Source: an uncultured bacterium
GTDB taxonomy: Bacteria > Bacteroidota > Bacteroidia > Chitinophagales > UBA10324
Assembly: GCA_963977675.1 (NCBI GenBank)
Contig: CAXBPY010000008.1
Span: 1,399-65,398 of the forward strand
DNA length: 64,000 bases
Reading direction: 5' to 3'
Of the stretch, positions 38,577 through 47,691 are shown in pieces. How positions within the stretch are numbered: position 1 is the first letter of the stretch; every line of letters starts with the position of its first letter. Below the pieces are notes generated by a model. It was given only the letters and a program-made list of their open reading frames with translations, was not told the origin of the DNA and searched no databases. A program made the position numbers and the translations under genes.

Positions 38577-40052
38577 TCAATATGCTTTAGCAAACAGCAC
38601 TCTTTTATTCGAAGGATTTCCGGTGAGCACACACTTACCTTCTTCGTGCTGCGCATCAAGAGGAATGCATCGAATGGTTGCTTTTGTTTGCTGTTTTATT
38701 TTCTCTTCTGTTTCAGCAGTTCCATCCCAGTGAGCGGAAACAAATCCTGTTTTGTTTTCGAGTGTGTTCACAAATTGTTCCCACGAATCAACACGAGTAA
38801 TGTGTTCATCACGGAAGTCAAGCGCTTTCTGATAAATGTTTTGCTGAATCTGCTCTAACAAGTGTTCGACTTTGTTTGAAAGATCTGTAATTGCATAAGT
38901 GTGTTTTTCGCCTGTATCACGGCGTGCGAGTTCAACGGTTCCGTTTTCCAGATCCCGCGGACCAATTGCCATGCGAAGAGGAACTCCCTTCATTTCATAT
39001 TCAGCGAATTTCCATCCGGGCTTTTGCTTATTGTCATTGTCGTACTTGACAGAAATTCCTTTTGCTTCAAGTTCCTTTTTTATTTCAAAAACTTTTTCAT
39101 CCAAAAGCTTTTGCTGCTCATCAGTTTTAAAAATGGGAACAATAACAACTTGTATGGGAGCAAGTTTCGGAGGAAGAACCAAACCGTTGTCATCGCTGTG
39201 AACCATGATTAGCGCACCAATCAATCGTGTGGAAACACCCCACGAGGTTGCCCAAACAAACTCCTGCTTGTTCTCCTTATTCACGAACTGAACTTCAAAA
39301 GCTTTCGCAAAATTTTGTCCTAGAAAATGTGAAGTACCCGCCTGTAATGCTTTACCGTCCTGCATAAGCGCTTCAATGCAATAAGTGTCTTCTGCACCGG
39401 CAAATCTTTCATTCGGCGATTTCACCCCTTTCACTACAGGTATTCCCATCCACTTTTCAGAAAATTCAGCATACACACCAAGCATCTTCATTGTCTCTTC
39501 CACCGCTTCTTCTTTCGTTGCATGAGCAGTATGACCTTCCTGCCAAAGAAATTCTGCTGTGCGCATAAACAATCGGGTGCGCATTTCCCAACGCACCACA
39601 TTCGCCCACTGATTCACTAGAAGCGGTAAGTCGCGATAAGATTTTATCCAGTCCTTGTATGTGTTCCAGATAATTGTTTCAGAGGTTGGCCGCACTATCA
39701 ATTCTTCTTCAAGCTTCGCTTCAGGGTCAACAATAACTCCGCTTCCATCGGGTGAATTTTTTAAACGATAATGTGTTACCACTGCGCATTCTTTCGCGAA
39801 GCCTTCAATATGAGCTGCTTCTTTTGCAAGAAAACTTTTTGGAATGAAAAGTGGAAAGTACGCATTCACATGCCCTGTTGCTTTGAACATATCATCAAGT
39901 GTGCGCTGCATTTTTTCCCATATAGAATAGCCGTAAGGCTTAATTACCATGCAGCCCCGAACAGCAGAATAATCTGCAAGCCCTCCCTTTATCACAAGAT
40001 CGTTATACCACTGTGAATAATCCTGATTTCTGGGTGTAATTTCTTTACTCAT
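38577..40052 (-). CDS. proS: Proline--tRNA ligase (archaeal/eukaryotic type)
   Basis: [45 protein letters not shown]-terminal AKAY. Confidence 0.98.
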   Translation of the reverse strand: MSKEITPRNQDYSQWYNDLVIKGGLADYSAVRGCMVIKPYGYSIWEKMQRTLDDMFKATGHVNAYFPLFIPKSFLAKEAAHIEGFAKECAVVTHYRLKNSPDGSGVIVDPEAKLEEELIVRPTSETIIWNTYKDWIKSYRDLPLLVNQWANVVRWEMRTRLFMRTAEFLWQEGHTAHATKEEAVEETMKMLGVYAEFSEKWMGIPVVKGVKSPNERFAGAEDTYCIEALMQDGKALQAGTSHFLGQNFAKAFEVQFVNKENKQEFVWATSWGVSTRLIGALIMVHSDDNGLVLPPKLAPIQVVIVPIFKTDEQQKLLDEKVFEIKKELEAKGISVKYDNDNKQKPGWKFAEYEMKGVPLRMAIGPRDLENGTVELARRDTGEKHTYAITDLSNKVEHLLEQIQQNIYQKALDFRDEHITRVDSWEQFVNTLENKTGFVSAHWDGTAETEEKIKQQTKATIRCIPLDAQHEEGKCVLTGNPSNKRVLFAKAY

Positions 40053-40193
40053 TTATTTTTTGGCATGATGTTCGGAAACAATAGTAGAAAATGTTTTCGG
40101 ATTCGGAATAAGTGGATAATAAACCACTTAGTTTTCATTCACGATTTTGACTACATTTGAAAAAAGAAACACAAAAAGAAAATTTTAAACCCG

Positions 40194-42083
40194 ATGAAAA
40201 AATTTACATCCAACATTTTAAATCTTTCAGCTATGAACAAGATTTTCGGAATCATCGCAGTTGCTGCCATCATCACATCATGCAGCACCACAGGTCAGGT
40301 TTCAAAAACCAATGATGACCTCTATTACACAAAACAGGATCGGGTTAGCAATGAGGAGCATGCAAATAATTATGATCAAAAACCTGTTCAACAAGAACAG
40401 CAGCAGCAATATGTTCAGGATAATAACCAGCAACAGGCGGATGGTTATAATTCGCCGAGTTCAACTACGCGCACTGAGGATGGCAACGGAAATACTTATA
40501 TAACCAATAACTACAACAATGCCGGTGAGAGTTACTATTTCGATGATGATGACTATTACTACTCTCGCAATTTACGCAGGTGGTATTCTCCTTACAATGG
40601 TTATAGTTACTACAGTGATATTTATTGTTCTCCTTATTGGTATTCTTACAATCCTTATGATTTCTGGAGTCCTGGTTTGAGTTTCTCAATTTCATTTGGA
40701 AATTATTATTCCCCTTATTGGTGGTATCCTCATTATCATAATTATTACTACGATTATTACCCGTATTCATATTACAACTACTACTACCCTTCTTATAGTT
40801 ATTATTACAACCCTTGGTATTATAATAATTATGGATATGGTTATGGTTGCGGATATGGCTATAATCCCTGGTATGGTTATAATTACTATGGTTACAATAG
40901 TTACTGGAGTGGTTACTACAATGGATATTATGATGGGTACAATGATGGGTACTGGGGTAACAACTATTATGGATACGGATATGGAAATAATTACTATAAC
41001 CCAACCACTTACTACGATAATACCTACTACGGTTATCACACAAACTATGGAGGCAACACTTCTAACACCACTTATGAGCAAGGGGGCTTCAGTGGTAAAA
41101 CTGAAGGCAGCGGTGTGCATATGACATCAACTGACGCCGGTAATTTTCAGAGCAATGATTTGAGCTCTCAGAATAATAGTTCAGGTAATACAAGTGTTAC
41201 AGAGAGAAATGTTGGTCAATTGAACCAGCAGAATGGAACGGGTGGAAGTCTGAATGCTCCGAATAATACCAGTGGCAGTGTGCAGATGAACAACCCTTCG
41301 CTCAATACGCTGAACAATACTTCTGCAAACAATGGAACTAAAACCGGGACTGTGAATCAAAATGCAAGCGGGACAAATCTTAACAATGCGAACAAGTTTG
41401 ATACTGCACCGCAAGTGCAACAACAATCACAAAGCATTAACGGCGGAACAAATCCGCAATTGAATACTCAACAACAGTATTCAAAACCTGGAAACAATTA
41501 TCAGCAACAACAACAATACTCAGCTCCGCAACAGCAGCAATATTCTAAGCCGAATAATTCTTATCAGCAACAACAACAGTACTCTGCTCCACAGCAACAG
41601 TATTCTAAACCTGATAACTCGACTCAGCAACAGAATGCTCCTTACGAAGCGCCTCAGCAGCAATACTCAAAACCAAATAATTCTTATCAGCAGCCGCATC
41701 AACAATATCCTGCTCCACAGCAGCAGAATCCTAAACCTGATAACAATAACTATCAGCAACAACAAAACTCTGCACCGCAGCAATATTCAAAACCGCAACA
41801 GCAGCAGCAACAATATTCTGCACCACAACAGCAATATTCAAAGCCACAGCAGCAACAACAAGGTTCATCTCCGCAGCAACAGAAGGCGCCGAAAGAAAAT
41901 TCATACAATTCTTCTTCCCAAAATAATCAGAGTTACAGCAAGCCACAGCAACAGAGTTCTTCAAATACCAATTACTCAAAACCAGGCAACAGCTCATCCT
42001 CTGGTGGTTCAATTAAGAGTTCTTCAGGAAGCAGTAGCAATTCTTCTGGTGGTTCTACTTCGCCAAAGAAATTCCCTCATTAA
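40194..42083 (+). CDS. Low-complexity Tyr/Gly/Asn- and Gln-rich lipoprotein (alternative start 40233)
   Basis: Lipobox IITSC, 'DDLYY' motif, Y-rich block, N/S-rich linker, Q-rich repeats, S/G tail; TACATTTG box at 40152-40159. Confidence 0.8.
   Translation: MKKFTSNILNLSAMNKIFGIIAVAAIITSCSTTGQVSKTNDDLYYTKQDRVSNEEHANNYDQKPVQQEQQQQYVQDNNQQQADGYNSPSSTTRTEDGNGNTYITNNYNNAGESYYFDDDDYYYSRNLRRWYSPYNGYSYYSDIYCSPYWYSYNPYDFWSPGLSFSISFGNYYSPYWWYPHYHNYYYDYYPYSYYNYYYPSYSYYYNPWYYNNYGYGYGCGYGYNPWYGYNYYGYNSYWSGYYNGYYDGYNDGYWGNNYYGYGYGNNYYNPTTYYDNTYYGYHTNYGGNTSNTTYEQGGFSGKTEGSGVHMTSTDAGNFQSNDLSSQNNSSGNTSVTERNVGQLNQQNGTGGSLNAPNNTSGSVQMNNPSLNTLNNTSANNGTKTGTVNQNASGTNLNNANKFDTAPQVQQQSQSINGGTNPQLNTQQQYSKPGNNYQQQQQYSAPQQQQYSKPNNSYQQQQQYSAPQQQYSKPDNSTQQQNAPYEAPQQQYSKPNNSYQQPHQQYPAPQQQNPKPDNNNYQQQQNSAPQQYSKPQQQQQQYSAPQQQYSKPQQQQQGSSPQQQKAPKENSYNSSSQNNQSYSKPQQQSSSNTNYSKPGNSSSSGGSIKSSSGSSSNSSGGSTSPKKFPH
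41469..41984 (+). repeat. Imperfect coding repeats Qn-YS[K/A]P
   Basis: Eight YSKP and three YSAP units plus variants, with diverged synonymous codons. Confidence 0.85.
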
Positions 42084-42111
42084 TTTTTTCATTTCAACCA
42101 AATAAAAAATC

Positions 42112-43608
42112 ATGAAAAAGATTTTGACAGCCCTAAGTGTGTCGTTACTCATTGCGAATTTTTCTTTCGCTCAAAGCGATGAAGATGCGCTCCGTTTTTC
42201 TCAACTCGTTTATGGTTCAAGCGGAAGAGGAGTGGGCGCAGGAAGCGCATTTGGTGCGCTCGGTGGTGATTTCAGTTCAATGACCATTAATCCTGCCGGT
42301 GTTGCCATCTTTCAGAAAAACCAATTCAGTTTTACTCCGTCTTTTGTTTCAGTGAAAAACAATTCGCTGTTCGATGGAAATTCATCTGGCAGTCATAAAT
42401 ATAATTTCAATGTAAGTGGCTTCGGTCTGGTGTGGGCAAAGCAGAATGATCAGGATGGTAAGAGTAAGTGGCGCAATGTGAATTTTGCAATGGGAGCAAA
42501 TCGTGTAGCAGGATTTCACAACAGTGTTTACTGGCAGGGATACAATCCTTCTTCAAGCCTGGCTGAGAAGTATGCAGAGCTTGCGAACAGCAGCGGCGTT
42601 TCTCCCGAAAACATTGCAGGAATCTATCCATTTGACGCAGGTTTAGCTTACAACACTTCATTGCTTCAATTTGATTCTGCATCCGGATACTGGGCACTTC
42701 CTGAAGGAGGTGGCGTGAAACAAGAGCAGAGTTACAAAACACGCGGCGGGTTGACTGAATATTTATTTGCATTCGGAGGCAATTACAATGACCGTATTTA
42801 TGTGGGTGGTTCTGTTTCAATTCTTGATGCGAATTATCGTTACAATTCTTCGTACACAGAAACTGATGTAAACAATGCAATTCCTTACTTTAAGAGTTTT
42901 ACACTCGATCAATCGCAGCGCACTACTGGTGGCGGTGCTGTGATGAAGTTCGGAATGATTGCGCGCCTCAATGATTATGTCCGTATTGGTGGAAGTGTGG
43001 CAAGTCCCGATTTTCTTTTCCTGAATGATAATTATTCTGCTTCGATGAACACCGTACTCGATTCAACTTACGGAACCGATAATGCTTCTTCTCCTGATGG
43101 TCAATATTCATACAACATCACTACCCCATGGCGGATGAATGCGAGTTTGGCGCTAACAATTAAGAAATATGGTTTCCTATCGGTGGATTATGAGTTCCTC
43201 GATTATAGCGAAGCATTTTTTACACTTAACAACGACAATAGCACCGATGCGAAGGCATTTGAAAATAATTTGAATACAACCATTAGCAAGAAGTATGGCC
43301 CAGCCTACAACATTCGCTTGGGCGGCGAAGGAGTGATAAATGATTTTCGCATTCGTGCTGGCTATGGTTTGTATAACACGCCATTCCAAAGCGAAGTAGC
43401 TGAACCGGGTTATGATAATAAGATTACTGTGTACTCCGGCGGCATTGGTTTCAATGAAGACGATTATTTTCTTGATTTCGGATTTGCGCGTTCTCAGTTC
43501 AATTCTTTTCTTCAACCTTACTCACTTGCTTCAGGTGTGAATGTGAATGGTGTGAAGGAATCTACTTTCTCTAATCAGTTTACATTTACTATTGGATGGA
43601 AATGGTAG
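42112..43608 (+). CDS. OmpP1/FadL-like outer-membrane barrel
   Basis: 'DALRFSQ...GSSGR..GAGSAFGALGGDFSS..INPAG' hatch region; C-terminal IGWKW. Confidence 0.82.
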   Translation: MKKILTALSVSLLIANFSFAQSDEDALRFSQLVYGSSGRGVGAGSAFGALGGDFSSMTINPAGVAIFQKNQFSFTPSFVSVKNNSLFDGNSSGSHKYNFNVSGFGLVWAKQNDQDGKSKWRNVNFAMGANRVAGFHNSVYWQGYNPSSSLAEKYAELANSSGVSPENIAGIYPFDAGLAYNTSLLQFDSASGYWALPEGGGVKQEQSYKTRGGLTEYLFAFGGNYNDRIYVGGSVSILDANYRYNSSYTETDVNNAIPYFKSFTLDQSQRTTGGGAVMKFGMIARLNDYVRIGGSVASPDFLFLNDNYSASMNTVLDSTYGTDNASSPDGQYSYNITTPWRMNASLALTIKKYGFLSVDYEFLDYSEAFFTLNNDNSTDAKAFENNLNTTISKKYGPAYNIRLGGEGVINDFRIRAGYGLYNTPFQSEVAEPGYDNKITVYSGGIGFNEDDYFLDFGFARSQFNSFLQPYSLASGVNVNGVKESTFSNQFTFTIGWKW

Positions 43609-43660
43609 TGACGAGAGGTTATTAGTGAATCGTTATTAGTTATTACTAAATACAATTTTT

Positions 43661-43698
43661 AATTCCCGCTTTGCGATTGCAGGGCGGGAATTTTTTTT
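43661..43698 (+). terminator. Intrinsic terminator
   Basis: AATTCCCGCTTTGC-gatt-GCAGGGCGGGAATT followed by a T run. Confidence 0.85.
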
Positions 43699-43744
43699 GT
43701 TTTTAATATTCGAAGAACTTTTTTCAACTAATTACTTTCGTGCC

Positions 43745-45643
43745 ATGTATTCTTCACTCCGGGAATTTATTCAGCTCTTAGAAAAAGAAGGAGAACTTAT
43801 TCGGATAAAAGAATATGCAAATCCTGAATTAGAAATTTCTGAAATCACTGATAGAATCAGCAAGCAACAAGGCAAAGCATTGTTGTTTGAAAACACAGGA
43901 ACAGGAATTCCGCTTCTCATCAATGCATTTGGTTCAGAGAAAAGAATGTGCATGGCGCTTGGAGTGAATCATCTCGATGATGTATCGAAGCGCATCGAAA
44001 CACTTTTCAAAACACTGATGAAACCGAAGGATAACATCATAGAAAAACTTCGGATGCTTCCTCAACTGTCACAGATGGCTTCTTGGATGCCGAAGTTGGT
44101 GAAAGGAAAAGGCGCATGTCAGGAGGTGATTAATATGAATCCCGACATCACAAAATTTCCGGTTATGAAGTGCTGGCCCGAAGATGGCGGCGCATTCATC
44201 ACATTGCCTGTCATTCATACGAAAGACCCAAACACGCACATTCGGAATGTAGGAATGTATCGGATGCAAATTTTTTCCCCGGCTGAAACAGGCATGCACT
44301 GGCACAAGCACAAAGTTTCGGCGCGGCATTTTCAGGAATACAAAAAACTCGGAAAGAAAATGCCGGTAGCTGTTGCCCTTGGCGGCGACCCGGTTTACAC
44401 TTATTGCGCCACTGCTCCGCTTCCCGATAATATTGATGAATACATGCTTGCAGGTTTTCTCCGAAATAAAAAAGTGCAACTGGTGCAGTGCATCACGCAG
44501 GATGTGCAGGTACCCGCAGATGCTGAAATAATTATCGAAGGATATGTTGACCCGATGGAAGAAGAAATTCTGGAAGGACCATTTGGTGATCACACCGGAT
44601 ATTATTCGCTTGCTGATTTCTATCCGAAGTTTCATATCACATGCATCACGCACCGCAAAAATCCAATTTATCCTTCCACCATTGTTGGCATCCCGCCGCA
44701 GGAAGATGCATGGCTTGGCAAAGCGACGGAAAGAATTTTTCTCGCTCCGATTAAGATGACTATGATTCCTGAAATCGTTGACATGGAGCTTCCTATTGAA
44801 GGTGTGTTTCACAATCTCACCATCGTGAAGATCAAAAAGGAATATGCAGGGCAGGCAATCAAGGTGACTAATGCCATGTGGGGCGCAGGGCAAATGATGT
44901 TCAACAAAATTCTCGTCATCGTGGATGATGACATTGACATTCACAATTACAAATCAGTAGCGCAAGTCATGAGCGCGAATGTTGACCCGCAGCAGGATAT
45001 TTATTTTTCACAAGGTCCGATGGATGTGCTCGACCACAGTTGCAGCAAATTTTCTTTCGGAGGAAAAATGTGTGTGGATGCAACCAGGAAATTTCCGGAA
45101 GAGAAAAGAATTGACAATGGACAATTGACAATTGACAATTCAGTTTCAAAAATTGATTTTGAAAAACTGAAAAAAGATTTCCCGGAAATTGTTCAGGTGA
45201 ATGATGAACTTTTGAATTTGAATATTTCTGTTGTGTTTCTGTCAGTACAAAAAAATCGAAGAAATCATTTGAAGGAATTGAGTGAATCGCTTTTCAAAAA
45301 ATCTGAATTGAGCTATATAAAATTTTTAATCTTCCTCGAAGCGAATGTTGACTGCTCTGATATTAAAGATGCCATCTGGCGTTTTACAAACAACATTGAC
45401 CCTCGCCGCGATAGTTTTATTATAGAAGGAAAAGAAATCTCTCACATCGCATTTGACGGTACAAGAAAAACAAAAGAATATGATGGCTTCGAGCGCGACT
45501 GGCCCAACATTCTGGCGATGGATGAAAAAACAATTTCTCTCGTAGATGAGAAGTGGGAGAAATATCAATTGGGAAAATTTATTCCATCTCCGTCATTGAA
45601 ATACCGCAGGCAATTGTATAAAGGAGGCGCAGTGGCTGAGTAG
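43745..45643 (+). CDS. UbiD-family decarboxylase (menaquinone/futalosine MqnL-like) with extended C-terminus
   Basis: LLINAFGS, WPEDGG, NVGMYRMQ, EGPFGDHTGYY, DVLDH; second 'NNIDPRRD...DGTRK' module. Confidence 0.85.
   Translation: MYSSLREFIQLLEKEGELIRIKEYANPELEISEITDRISKQQGKALLFENTGTGIPLLINAFGSEKRMCMALGVNHLDDVSKRIETLFKTLMKPKDNIIEKLRMLPQLSQMASWMPKLVKGKGACQEVINMNPDITKFPVMKCWPEDGGAFITLPVIHTKDPNTHIRNVGMYRMQIFSPAETGMHWHKHKVSARHFQEYKKLGKKMPVAVALGGDPVYTYCATAPLPDNIDEYMLAGFLRNKKVQLVQCITQDVQVPADAEIIIEGYVDPMEEEILEGPFGDHTGYYSLADFYPKFHITCITHRKNPIYPSTIVGIPPQEDAWLGKATERIFLAPIKMTMIPEIVDMELPIEGVFHNLTIVKIKKEYAGQAIKVTNAMWGAGQMMFNKILVIVDDDIDIHNYKSVAQVMSANVDPQQDIYFSQGPMDVLDHSCSKFSFGGKMCVDATRKFPEEKRIDNGQLTIDNSVSKIDFEKLKKDFPEIVQVNDELLNLNISVVFLSVQKNRRNHLKELSESLFKKSELSYIKFLIFLEANVDCSDIKDAIWRFTNNIDPRRDSFIIEGKEISHIAFDGTRKTKEYDGFERDWPNILAMDEKTISLVDEKWEKYQLGKFIPSPSLKYRRQLYKGGAVAE
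45110..45140 (+). repeat. Heptamer array in frame in the UbiD gene
   Basis: ATTGACA ATGGACA ATTGACA ATTGACA ATT, encoding IDNGQLTIDN. Confidence 0.8.
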
Positions 45644-45650
45644 AATGATC

Positions 45651-45707
45651 CTTAACTTTTACTTAACACAGTCACTAATATGCAGTTGAAAGCCTAAATT
45701 ACTTTTG
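45651..45707 (+). promoter_or_regulatory. 11-bp-period CTTAAC direct repeat plus TACTTTTG box upstream of the response regulator
   Basis: CTTAAC at 45651 and 45662; TACTTTTG at 45700-45707. Confidence 0.5.
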
Positions 45708-45714
45708 CGCACGA

Positions 45715-46395
45715 ATGGAGAAAAATAATTTCAAAATTCTTGTAGTGGATGATGAACCGGATATCGTTGAATTCATTGTTTACAATCTGAAGCGCGAAGG
45801 GTACGAAGTATCAAGCGCACATGACGGACTCGAAGGAATTAAAGTAGCGGAAAAAGTAAAGCCGGATCTGATTGTTCTGGATATAATGATGCCGCGACTA
45901 GATGGCGTAGAAGTTTGCGAGCATCTTCGCCGCAATCCTACATTCAAAAACACGCTCATTATTTTCCTCACAGCATTGGGCGACGAGCAATCTGAAATTA
46001 AGGGATTAAATGCTGGAGCAGATGATTATATTGTTAAACCAATTAAACCCAAAATCCTTCTGACTCGTGTTAAAGCCCTTCTGCGCCGGTTATCTCCGGA
46101 CGAGGTAAGTGGAAAAAACCAAATTGGTGATTTTATTATTGATACCGAGCAATACCTGGTTCACTATAAAAAGGATCATTATTCCCTGCCTAGAAAAGAA
46201 TTCGAATTGCTTAATCTTCTTATCTCAAAACCTGGAAAAGTTTTTCACAGAGATGAAATTCTGAACAAGGTATGGGGTACTGAAGTAATTGTTGGCGACA
46301 GAACAATTGATGTTCATATCCGCAAACTGCGCCAACGGTTTGGTGACGACCATATTTCTACAGTTAAAGGAATAGGTTACAAATTCGAAGCTTGA
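45715..46395 (+). CDS. OmpR/PhoB-family response regulator
   Basis: VVDDE, LDIMMP, GADDYIVKP, winged helix 'RTIDVHIRKLR...TVKGIGYKF'. Confidence 0.93.
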   Translation: MEKNNFKILVVDDEPDIVEFIVYNLKREGYEVSSAHDGLEGIKVAEKVKPDLIVLDIMMPRLDGVEVCEHLRRNPTFKNTLIIFLTALGDEQSEIKGLNAGADDYIVKPIKPKILLTRVKALLRRLSPDEVSGKNQIGDFIIDTEQYLVHYKKDHYSLPRKEFELLNLLISKPGKVFHRDEILNKVWGTEVIVGDRTIDVHIRKLRQRFGDDHISTVKGIGYKFEA

Positions 46396-46461
46396 AATTA
46401 TTTGACAACATTCTGAATGTTGCCAAATCTGAAAACTAATTCTGAAGTCATATTTGTTGCA

Positions 46462-47490
46462 ATGAAAAATCCAAAGCCAACATTGCTTGCATTCATTTCT
46501 GCCATCGTAGTCGCTATAGTTGCTTCTTTGCTCACATTTATTTTTTCATCCGAAGCAAAAATTTCAATACTCGTATTTCTCACTTCAATTATTTCAGGGT
46601 ACTTCACATTCCTTTATATTCTTCAGAACTTTATTTACCGGAAAATTAAGCTGGTGTATAAATCCATTCACCAGTTAAAAGCCGGTAGCGATGAAATTTC
46701 ATTGAAACAAAAGTTAAGTGACGACCCGCTTGAAATGGTAAATAAGGAAGTGCTCGAATGGGAAAATGAAAAACTGGGAGAGATTGAGCAACTAAAAAAA
46801 TTGGAGATCTATCGCAAAGAGTTTGTAGCGAATGTGACCCATGAACTAAAAACTCCTCTCTTTAGCATTCAGGGATATATACATACGCTGCTTGACGGTG
46901 CATTGCATGATGAAGAAGTAAATAAAATGTTTTTAGAAAAGGCAGCACGCAATGTAGACCGCCTCACCAATCTGATTGCTGATCTTGAAGCAATAACGCA
47001 ACTTGAATCCGGAAGCTACACACTGGAAAAGGAAGTGTTCGATATTCACTCACTGGTGAAGGATGTGATTGAATCTTTGGAAATGAAAGCAGACAAACGA
47101 AGAATCAGTCTTGCATTTAAGAAAGGTTGCGATAAACCATTTTATGTTTTTGGCGATAAGGATAAAGTCCGGCAAGTGTTAATCAATCTGATTGATAACA
47201 GTATTAAGTATGGAAAAGAAAATGGGAATACAATCATTAGTTTTTATGATATGGATGAAAACATATTGACAGAAATTACCGATGATGGAAATGGAATTGA
47301 AGAACATCATTTAAATCGTTTGTTCGAAAGATTTTATCGCGCTGATAAAAGCCGTTCGAGAGAGATCGGAGGAACCGGTCTTGGTCTCTCAATTGTAAAA
47401 CACATTATTGAAGCACATGACAAAACAATTAATGTGCGCAGCAGAGTAGGAGTGGGTACCACATTCGGGTTTACGCTGGAAAAAAAGTAA
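46462..47490 (+). CDS. PhoR-like sensor histidine kinase
   Basis: Two TM helices, HELKTPL, NLIDNSIKY, DDGNGI, FERFYR, GGTGLGL. Confidence 0.92.
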   Translation: MKNPKPTLLAFISAIVVAIVASLLTFIFSSEAKISILVFLTSIISGYFTFLYILQNFIYRKIKLVYKSIHQLKAGSDEISLKQKLSDDPLEMVNKEVLEWENEKLGEIEQLKKLEIYRKEFVANVTHELKTPLFSIQGYIHTLLDGALHDEEVNKMFLEKAARNVDRLTNLIADLEAITQLESGSYTLEKEVFDIHSLVKDVIESLEMKADKRRISLAFKKGCDKPFYVFGDKDKVRQVLINLIDNSIKYGKENGNTIISFYDMDENILTEITDDGNGIEEHHLNRLFERFYRADKSRSREIGGTGLGLSIVKHIIEAHDKTINVRSRVGVGTTFGFTLEKK

Positions 47491-47691
47491 TTCTCAATTT
47501 ATTATTAAACCTGAAGGCGGGATTTAAAATTTTTTGCCAACAACAAGCGTTGTTTTTTTTTATTTAATTTTTCAAATGAAAATATTCTTGAACCAAACTG
47601 CAGGACCATTTCGGCTTTGCTCTTGTCTTCACATTTCAATTGAAGTCTTCATTTTAGTTTGACCCGCCAGAATTTTATATTTGACCTGCTC

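Noticed and set aside
40060-40076. Sigma-54 promoter TTGGCATGATGTTCGGA for the prion-like gene
   Set aside because: The -24 element matches but the -12 element reads TCGG rather than TTGC, and a standard TACATTTG box is available at 40152
41469-41984. Tandem repeats as CRISPR or a non-coding VNTR
   Set aside because: They are codon-phased, vary at synonymous sites and lie in a long ORF, so they are protein repeats
44069-44944. 291-aa antisense ORF and other shadow ORFs (e.g. 40465-41043, 17788-18276)
   Set aside because: They lie opposite well-supported genes, have no recognisable motifs and are explained by codon bias or low complexity
28952-45643. Apparent shift toward more CG-containing codons (possible foreign or chimeric segment)
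   Set aside because: Visual impression only and not quantifiable here; the genes are core and no junction or mobility signature was seen
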